From an uncultured Candidatus Saccharibacteria bacterium (GTDB lineage Bacteria; Patescibacteriota; Minisyncoccia; Phycocordibacterales; UBA2100): a DNA stretch of 64,000 nt. Position numbers and translations under genes: made by a program. Positions 57,716-64,000 of the stretch are shown here, one piece after another. The stretch spans positions 17,060 through 81,059 of the forward strand of contig CAYNQE010000001.1 of NCBI GenBank assembly GCA_964399345.1, read 5' to 3'. The first letter of the stretch is position 1; each line of letters starts with the position of its first letter. Below the pieces are notes generated by a model. It searched no databases and was not told the DNA's origin. It saw only the letters and a program-made list of their open reading frames with translations.

Positions 57716-58930
57716 ATGAAGCAGGTAAAGCCAGAAGTTGAAGCATTCGCTAGGATTAGAGTAGTAGGAGCAGGAGGGTCCGGAAACAATGCAGTTGATC
57801 ATATGATCCGCGCCAAAGTTCAAGGAGTTGATTTTATCGCAGTAAACACCGACGCCCAAGCACTACATCACTCTAAGGCTAAAAAGAAAATTCACATTGG
57901 TAAAAACCTTACCCGCGGATTAGGAACTGGAATGAATCCAGAATTAGGACGTCGGGCAGCTGAGGAAACTAAAGAAGAAATTCACGAAGCTCTAAAGGGC
58001 TCCGACATGGTGTTTGTTACAGGAGGAATGGGTGGAGGTACTGGAACGGGAGCAGCTCCAATCATCGCACAAATTGCTCGTGAGTCCGGTGCACTTACAA
58101 TTGGTATTGTTACAAAGCCATTTACCTTTGAAGGACAACAACGTGCTCGTCTTGCAAAAGAGGGATCAGAGAATCTTAAAAAAGAAGTTGATGCTCTTAT
58201 CACAATACCTAACGACCGACTGCTAACTACCGTGGACAAAGACACCGGGATAAAAGAAGCGTTTGCAATGTGTGACGACATTCTTAAACAAGCAGTTGAA
58301 GGAATTGCTGATCTAATTACAACTCCTGGAATCATCAACGTCGACTTTGCTGATATACGTGCCGTTATGGAGTCAGCTGGATCTGCATTAATGGGAATGG
58401 GAATAGCAGCAGGAGAAGGACGCGCCACAAAAGCAGCACACGAGGCTATACAGTCCCCTCTACTGGACGTTTCTATCTCAGGGGCAACCGGAGTACTGTT
58501 TGCAATTGCAGGTGGTGACGACCTATCTATGCTTGAAGTTCAGGAAGCGGCTCAGGCCATTACAGATTCAGTTGACCCTGACGCTAGAATAATATTTGGT
58601 GCAATTTCAGATGATTCTCTAAAGAAGGGAGAAATTAAGATTACTGTAATTGCTACAGGTTTCCCAGAAAGTAATAAGAACTCGACTGATATACGCAAAG
58701 CATCCTTCTTTGGAGGAAATCAAGAAAAACCTGAAGAAAAGGCAATTCCACCTAAAGAAGTTGAAGAAAAAGTTGTTGTTATAGAAAAGAAAGTAGAAGA
58801 AGAACCCATAGTTCCAATAATGAAAGAAGTTAAACGGGCTGAACCAGAAAAACCTAAAGTAAAAGAAGGAGAAGACGATGAAGACTGGGGTGCAATACCG
58901 TCATTCTTAAAACGTTCAAAATTAAAATAA
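57716..58930 (+). CDS. ftsZ: Cell division protein FtsZ
   Basis: Tubulin signature GGGTGTGAAPIIAQIA. NAVDHM. T7 loop region. Confidence 0.95.
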   Translation: MKQVKPEVEAFARIRVVGAGGSGNNAVDHMIRAKVQGVDFIAVNTDAQALHHSKAKKKIHIGKNLTRGLGTGMNPELGRRAAEETKEEIHEALKGSDMVFVTGGMGGGTGTGAAPIIAQIARESGALTIGIVTKPFTFEGQQRARLAKEGSENLKKEVDALITIPNDRLLTTVDKDTGIKEAFAMCDDILKQAVEGIADLITTPGIINVDFADIRAVMESAGSALMGMGIAAGEGRATKAAHEAIQSPLLDVSISGATGVLFAIAGGDDLSMLEVQEAAQAITDSVDPDARIIFGAISDDSLKKGEIKITVIATGFPESNKNSTDIRKASFFGGNQEKPEEKAIPPKEVEEKVVVIEKKVEEEPIVPIMKEVKRAEPEKPKVKEGEDDEDWGAIPSFLKRSKLK

Positions 58931-58951
58931 TTATCATTAGTTCTTTAAAGT

Positions 58952-59869
58952 ATGTACGACTTAACTATTATCGGAGGAGGACCAGCAGGAATCTCGGCTG
59001 GAATCTACTCTGCAAGAAAACAACTTAAGACACTCTTTCTAACCCAAGAATGGGGTGGGCAAAGTAATGTCTCAGAAGATATCCAAAACTGGATTGGCTT
59101 TCCCCACATTTCGGGTACGGATTTAGCAAAGAAGCTTGAAGAACATCTGCGAGAGTACGCAGGAGAAATTGTAGACATTGTAGCTCCTGCTAAAGTTACT
59201 TCTATTGTGAAAACTGAAAATGGTTTTAAAATTACTTCCGATAAGGGAGAAGAATATGAATCTAAAGCAGTATTTCTGTCCATGGGCTCTCACAGAAGAA
59301 GGCTTCCAGCAATTGGTGCTGATAAGTTTGAACATAAAGGACTAACATATTGTGCAACATGTGACGGACCACTCTTTTCTGGAAAGGATGTAGTTGTAGT
59401 TGGTGGTGGGAATGCCGGATTTGAAACTGCAGCACAACTTCTCGAATACACTAAGAGTGTTACCTTAATCCAGCGTAACGAAAAATTTTTGGCGGACGAA
59501 GTTACGATTGCAAAAGTTTCAAAAAATGAAAAGTTTACCGGCCTTACAAATGTTGAGATAACAGAAGTTTTGGGAGATGCGATGGTTTCTGGGATTAAAT
59601 ATAAAGATAAAATCACTGGTGAGGAAAAAGAAATGGAAGTTGGTGGAATATTTGTTGAAATAGGAATGGTTCCTAACACTGATATAGTTTCTGAACTAAT
59701 TGAATTAAACGAAAGAAAACATGTTGTTGTTGATCCTCTAACACAGAGAACTAGCGTGGAAGGAATTTGGGCAGCTGGTGATTGTACTGACGGAAAATAT
59801 CATCAAAACAATATCGCAGCAGGTGACGCCGTTAAGGCAGTTGAAAATATGCACGGATACTTGAGATAA
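58952..59869 (+). CDS. trxB: Thioredoxin-disulfide reductase
   Basis: FAD motif IIGGGPAGISAG, redox-active CATCDG, NADPH motif VVGGGNAGFE. Confidence 0.9.
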   Translation: MYDLTIIGGGPAGISAGIYSARKQLKTLFLTQEWGGQSNVSEDIQNWIGFPHISGTDLAKKLEEHLREYAGEIVDIVAPAKVTSIVKTENGFKITSDKGEEYESKAVFLSMGSHRRRLPAIGADKFEHKGLTYCATCDGPLFSGKDVVVVGGGNAGFETAAQLLEYTKSVTLIQRNEKFLADEVTIAKVSKNEKFTGLTNVEITEVLGDAMVSGIKYKDKITGEEKEMEVGGIFVEIGMVPNTDIVSELIELNERKHVVVDPLTQRTSVEGIWAAGDCTDGKYHQNNIAAGDAVKAVENMHGYLR

Positions 59870-60211
59870 GCGAAAGAGCGGTTCCCGAAGGCCCCGCTCA
59901 TTTAAGTTTCAAGAGTTTACTCTAAAAACAGTTTTCCTGGAGGAAAATCACCCATCCCCAAAGATTCTATATCGTCGTCGCCTTCCAACAACGGATACTC
60001 TGTATCCATTGTGAGCGTCGGACTTCTTTGATGTGTTTGAAAATCCGTTTCCAGCGGGTAGTTAAACTTCCCTTTCAAGCGCTCTACAGCTGCGCCCTTG
60101 TTTGGTTTCTGCCCCATGGCATCTATCCTTTTTATATTACGGAGAGAAACGTTAATGTCTCTCTTTCCCGTGTAAACATTTATACTCCCACTTCCCTTCT
60201 ATGTCAACACG

Positions 60212-60245
60212 CAAAAACCCGCAGCGAGTGCTGCGGGTTTTTGTC
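60212..60245 (-). terminator. Bidirectional rho-independent terminator
   Basis: cccgcagc-gagt-gctgcggg hairpin flanked by AAAAA and TTTTT. Confidence 0.7.
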
Positions 60246-60260
60246 TTCCTATTTATAGGA

Positions 60261-61079
60261 TTACGCTTCGTGTATAACAGCGTTTGAAACTGCTTTCTCA
60301 AAGTCGCCATTTAACGCTGAGATAAAATCTCCTCGTCTTGTGTATAGAAGTGTGAACGCTCCTAGTGCTACCGTTAGTAGTGCCAGTACATACAATACTT
60401 CACTTGTTCCTGTGTAAGGAACCTGATTTATTGCAACGTATGATGCAGTTACTGTAGGAAGAGTTGTCCCTGAAAACGTTGGTGCAATTATTCCTCCTAC
60501 TGGAATTACTGTTGCGCTACAATTTTTTGTAACTCCGTTTCCCCACTTTGCTGTCATTGTAAAAGTTTGTGGTACTCCGGTGTTAGGAATAACTCGATTT
60601 CCTGCGTCGGAAACGTTTCCGATTCCTCGATCAATTGATACGTCGGCACCGTGTGCTCTCCAAGATAGTACGGCTGTACCTCCTGCAACAACTGCATCTG
60701 GATTAACCCACATTGAACATGTTTGTCCGCTTGGTAGGAACATAGAATTGTTTCCAAACGAGTAGTTAGCTGTAGGTAGTGCTACTACGCTACAAGTATC
60801 TGTACCGTACTTCCCCGTTGCCTTTAAAACGTAAGTTGTAGGTGCACTTGGATAAACTACTACGGCGTCGGCTTTAGAAACGTTACCGATTCCACTGATG
60901 TTAACAGTGTGTGCGTTATTCACTTTCCAAGAAAGTGTTGTACCTCCATTATTTGTTGGCTGTACGATTGTGTTAAATACACAAGTTGGAGCTGAGGCTG
61001 CGTTTGTTGCAGCTGGAATTGCTCCGAGTGTAAGTGCTAAAGCTATTGTTATAGCAGAAGCGTATTTAATAATTGTCAT
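60261..61079 (-). CDS. Secreted/cell-surface protein with two tandem Ig-like repeats and a C-terminal hydrophobic anchor
   Basis: Signal peptide. Internal repeat (...LSWKVNNAHTVNISGIGNVS... versus ...LSWRAHGADVSIDRGIGNVS...). C-terminal TM followed by RRGD. Confidence 0.5.
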   Translation of the reverse strand: MTIIKYASAITIALALTLGAIPAATNAASAPTCVFNTIVQPTNNGGTTLSWKVNNAHTVNISGIGNVSKADAVVVYPSAPTTYVLKATGKYGTDTCSVVALPTANYSFGNNSMFLPSGQTCSMWVNPDAVVAGGTAVLSWRAHGADVSIDRGIGNVSDAGNRVIPNTGVPQTFTMTAKWGNGVTKNCSATVIPVGGIIAPTFSGTTLPTVTASYVAINQVPYTGTSEVLYVLALLTVALGAFTLLYTRRGDFISALNGDFEKAVSNAVIHEA

Positions 61080-61211
61080 GCGTTTATTTTTTAAATTAAT
61101 AAACTCCTTTCGGTTACGAAAAGAGCGTTCTTATACACGGGACAATACCACAGTAATGAGGTGTTTGTCAAGAGTAAAAAGAATCGTCGATACCCACCAC
61201 AGGTATCGACG

Positions 61212-61412
61212 TTATTCAGTATATCCCCTAAGATAGTCCCTTTTGGCTAAATAACCGAGTTCCTCGTAGCTCATTTCGAGCTCTTCCTCGATTTCATCCA
61301 TCTTAAGACGCGCACTCTTGTCACCTTGGGCCAATTTAATCATCAGCCTTCTGTGTTCAAGTATCAATTCGCGCTTATTTTTAACGGGATTTCCCATACT
61401 ATTTCCCTTCAT
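61212..61412 (-). CDS. Hypothetical small protein (66 aa)
   Basis: ORF with a downstream hairpin plus T-run terminator. Overlaps the upstream gene by 14 nt. Confidence 0.3.
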   Translation of the reverse strand: MKGNSMGNPVKNKRELILEHRRLMIKLAQGDKSARLKMDEIEEELEMSYEELGYLAKRDYLRGYTE

Positions 61413-61842
61413 GAGCAGATTCTAACAACTCAAATAATACCACGAAAGCGTAGGCTCCGCAAGAGGTGCGTGCAAGCTTCCCGTCAGACCCCAGAAAATC
61501 TTTTACCCAAGAATTGTCGATGTCTCTTTTACCCATATTTCTAGACAATATACCTATGCTGTCTATTAAGGCATTATGTAATTGTGTTCTAGCTAAATCT
61601 TCCTTATCCATCTCTTCCTTCCATACTTCTCTGCTAATCTCACCTGTCTTAAGCCTTGCGTTTAGAGCGTCCATTTCCCATACGTCTTGTACATATCTTT
61701 GGGAATATGAAAACACATCCTCTAAAAGAGATTCTAATACTTCGTCTCCTGAACACAGCTCTCTAAGATTCTCCGGGGAAATAAATTTTGATTTAATGCT
61801 GTCTGTTCTTTCTTGCTGTTTATGTAAAAACCCTTCATTCAT
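61399..61842 (-). CDS. Hypothetical protein (147 aa)
   Basis: ORF only. No motif recognised. Confidence 0.35.
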   Translation of the reverse strand: MNEGFLHKQQERTDSIKSKFISPENLRELCSGDEVLESLLEDVFSYSQRYVQDVWEMDALNARLKTGEISREVWKEEMDKEDLARTQLHNALIDSIGILSRNMGKRDIDNSWVKDFLGSDGKLARTSCGAYAFVVLFELLESAHEGK

Positions 61843-61865
61843 GTTTACTATTATAAACTATATTG

Positions 61866-61947
61866 CGGAGGAGAGAGGACTCGAACCTCCAAGCGCTTGC
61901 GCGCGACACTTTTCGAAAGTGCTCCGTTACCATTCTGGCACTCCTCC
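61866..61947 (-). tRNA. tRNA-Ser (anticodon CGA)
   Basis: Acceptor GGAGGAG/CTCCTCC. Anticodon stem GCACT/AGTGT with loop TTCGAAA. Long variable arm. T-loop GGTTCGAGTCC. Confidence 0.75.
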
Positions 61948-62002
61948 TTAAATGAGAGGATAGCATGTTCGCGGAAAGTATTGTAATATAGCGCCACACA
62001 AC

Positions 62003-62074
62003 GGTCCCATCGTCTAACGGTTAGGACACCAGGTTTTCATCCTGGAAATCGGGGTTCGATTCCCCGTGGGATCA
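62003..62074 (+). tRNA. tRNA-Glu (anticodon TTC)
   Basis: Acceptor GGTCCCA/TGGGATC. Anticodon stem CCAGG/CCTGG with loop TTTTCAT. T-loop GGTTCGATTCC. Confidence 0.8.
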
Positions 62075-62077
62075 CAA

Positions 62078-63226
62078 ATGAGAATATTAGCTATAGAAAC
62101 ATCTTTCGATGAGGCTGGTTTAGCCATTGTCGAATATTCGCAAGAAAGCGACTCAACAAATATTGAGGTTCTTTCTGATACCCTCTTCTCACAAGCAGAA
62201 GCACACGTTGAGTACGGTGGAGTGTATCCGTCTCTTGCAAAACAAGTCCACGCAAAGAATTTAACCTCTCTCTTCGCGCAAACCCTTAAAGACGCCGACC
62301 TACACAAGGAAGGTTCTTCTAACTTCCCTGAGGAAATTAAGGAAATCCTAAAAAGAGAACCTGAAATGTTTGAAGAGTTAAAAAAATTACTCTCAGAAAT
62401 TCAGAAACCAGAAATTGATAGAATTGCTATAACAAAAGGTCCTGGATTAGAGCCTGCTTTATGGGTGGGTATTTCTTTTGCAAAAGCGCTTTCTCTTGCG
62501 TGGGATATTCCTCTCTCACCAGTCAATCATATGGAAGGACATGTTGCAGCGGCACTAGCTAAAAAAACAGAAGAAGGGTTTCTAGTCACACCTCCTAACT
62601 CTCCTTCTCTTGCTCTTCTAATTTCCGGTGCCCACACTGAACTAGTTTTGATGAAAGAGTATTTACAATATGAAAGGATAGGATCAACTCGTGATGATGC
62701 GGTTGGTGAATCTTTTGACAAAACAGCTAGGCTCTTAGGACTTCCATATCCAGGAGGACCTAAAATTTCAAAACTTGCATCTTTAGCAAGAGAAGAAGGA
62801 TTAGATAACCCGTATACCCTTCCAAGGCCAATGATTAATTCTGATGATTACGATTTTTCACTTTCCGGACTTAAAACCGCTGTTAGAAACCTGGTTGAAG
62901 AAATTGGAGAACCTACTGAGGAGCAAAAGAAACAAATTGCTCGTGAGTTTGAAGATTCAGTTACTGAAGTCTTAATCTCAAAAACTAAAAAGGCAATTGA
63001 AGAATACGGTATACGCTCTTTAATAGTTAGTGGCGGAGTGGCTGCTAATTCATATATTAAAGAGAAGTTAAACGCTCTTACCAAAGAATATGAAAATGTA
63101 GACTTCTACATTCCTACTCCTGATCTTTCAACAGACAACGGCCGAATGATTGCTTTTGCAAGTGCAATAAAAGACTCTCCCATCGAAGAAAATGTTGTGG
63201 CAGAGGGTAATTTAAAGTTATACTAA
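62078..63226 (+). CDS. tsaD: tRNA N6-adenosine threonylcarbamoyltransferase (Kae1/TsaD family). Start moved to 62078 to clear tRNA-Glu.
   Basis: ILAIETSFDEAGLAIV N-terminus. Metal site VNHMEGH. GPGLEPAL-type loop. C-terminal SGGVAAN. Confidence 0.8.
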   Translation: MRILAIETSFDEAGLAIVEYSQESDSTNIEVLSDTLFSQAEAHVEYGGVYPSLAKQVHAKNLTSLFAQTLKDADLHKEGSSNFPEEIKEILKREPEMFEELKKLLSEIQKPEIDRIAITKGPGLEPALWVGISFAKALSLAWDIPLSPVNHMEGHVAAALAKKTEEGFLVTPPNSPSLALLISGAHTELVLMKEYLQYERIGSTRDDAVGESFDKTARLLGLPYPGGPKISKLASLAREEGLDNPYTLPRPMINSDDYDFSLSGLKTAVRNLVEEIGEPTEEQKKQIAREFEDSVTEVLISKTKKAIEEYGIRSLIVSGGVAANSYIKEKLNALTKEYENVDFYIPTPDLSTDNGRMIAFASAIKDSPIEENVVAEGNLKLY

Positions 63227-63231
63227 CTAAC

Positions 63232-64000
63232 ATGCAAGTGCCAGAGAAATTTTTACAACCCTACAACCCTCAAGAAAGTGAGGGTAAAATTTACAAAATG
63301 TGGGAGGAGTCCGGATACTTTAATCCTGACAATCTTCCGGGAGATAGGACAGAGCCATTTACAATAGTAATGCCACCGCCAAACGCTAACGGATCCCTAC
63401 ACGCCGGACACGGACTTGTTTTTGCAATTGAAGACACGATGATTCGATTTGAAAGAATGCGAGGAAAAAAGGCGTTGTGGTTGCCGGGAGCTGACCATGC
63501 TGGGTTTGAAACTCAAGTGGTGTATGAGAAGAAACTTCAAAAAGAAGGCCGTTCTCGTTTTCAAATGGAACAAAAAGAACTCTACGATGAAATTATGGAA
63601 TTCACTCTGGGTAATAAGTCATTTATGGAGAATCAGATACGCGAACTTGGCGCATCATGTGATTGGTCTCGCTCTCTTTTTACTCTCGACGAGAGTGTTA
63701 TAAAAACTGTCTACGATACCTTTGGACAATTAGAAAAAGACGACCTTCTCTACCGCGGATCTCGTATTGCTAACTGGTGTCCTAAACATCAAACTTCTCT
63801 TTCAAATCTAGAAACAAATCACGAAGAAAGAACTGGAAAGTTTTATTACTTCCAATATGGCCCTTTTGTTATTGGAACAGCACGTCCTGAAACAAAGTTT
63901 GGTGATAAGTATGTTGTTATGCACCCAGATGATGAGCGCTACAAAGAATACGAACATGGCCAAAAGATTGAATTAGAATGGATTAATGGACCTATAACGG
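63232..64000 (+). CDS. valS: Valine--tRNA ligase, 5' portion. Continues beyond the window.
   Basis: In-frame translation MQVPEKF...TIVMPPPNANGSLHAGHG (HIGH region) and GASCDWSRSLFTLDE (ValRS DWSR motif). No stop codon before position 64000. Confidence 0.85.
   Translation, partial: MQVPEKFLQPYNPQESEGKIYKMWEESGYFNPDNLPGDRTEPFTIVMPPPNANGSLHAGHGLVFAIEDTMIRFERMRGKKALWLPGADHAGFETQVVYEKKLQKEGRSRFQMEQKELYDEIMEFTLGNKSFMENQIRELGASCDWSRSLFTLDESVIKTVYDTFGQLEKDDLLYRGSRIANWCPKHQTSLSNLETNHEERTGKFYYFQYGPFVIGTARPETKFGDKYVVMHPDDERYKEYEHGQKIELEWINGPIT

Noticed and set aside
62066-62077. ORF-track start of tsaD at 62066 (MGSQMRIL...)
   Set aside because: That start lies inside tRNA-Glu (62003-62074). The in-frame ATG at 62078 (MRILAIETS) matches the TsaD N-terminus and clears the tRNA.

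Overview
The window reads like a reduced, AT-rich, CPR/Patescibacteria-like bacterial genome; that placement is inference. Most of it is tightly packed housekeeping genes. These include six aminoacyl-tRNA synthetases (trpS, an archaeal-type aspS, gltX, cysS, a divergent hisS and a 5' valS fragment). They also include the scpA-scpB, D-Ala-D-Ala carboxypeptidase, mraY-ftsW-murG and ftsA-ftsZ divisome blocks, and gyrA, dnaB, recR, clpB and infB-rbfA. Ribosomal proteins L27, L9, L21, L33, S1 and S21 are present, along with pth, lepB, ybeY, tsaD, miaA, trxB, a P-type ATPase, CorA and a sensor kinase. The window also holds three accessory islands. (1) 38.8-40.7 kb is a tRNA cluster (Cys, Leu-UAA, Lys-CUU, Leu-UAG) whose spacers are filled by an HNH endonuclease gene and a double-motif LAGLIDADG gene. 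The HNH stop codon lies inside tRNA-Leu. (2) 40.7-43.7 kb is a diversity-generating retroelement (DGR). It has a reverse transcriptase, an Avd-like gene on the opposite strand, and a 116-bp TR/VR pair. Of 14 internal TR/VR mismatches, 13 fall at TR adenines. A 9-bp-stem hairpin sits 4 nt after the VR and target stop codon. The cassette is bracketed by roughly 140-bp inverted repeats that abut tRNA-Leu(UAG). Five tandem small two-TM pilin-like paralogs follow it. (3) 29.6-31.7 kb holds tRNA-Trp and tRNA-Tyr, each adjacent to a paralogous HTH-LAGLIDADG ('LYWAEG' variant) endonuclease gene. One of these is split into an HTH fragment and a nuclease fragment. The island also holds rpmG and an orphan pilin-like gene. 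A further free-standing single-motif LAGLIDADG gene sits in an AT-rich spacer at 12.8-13.4 kb, flanked by short direct repeats. A roughly 400-nt GC-rich noncoding stretch with its own terminator (55.28-55.68 kb) is a candidate structured RNA. No CRISPR array or rRNA was seen.
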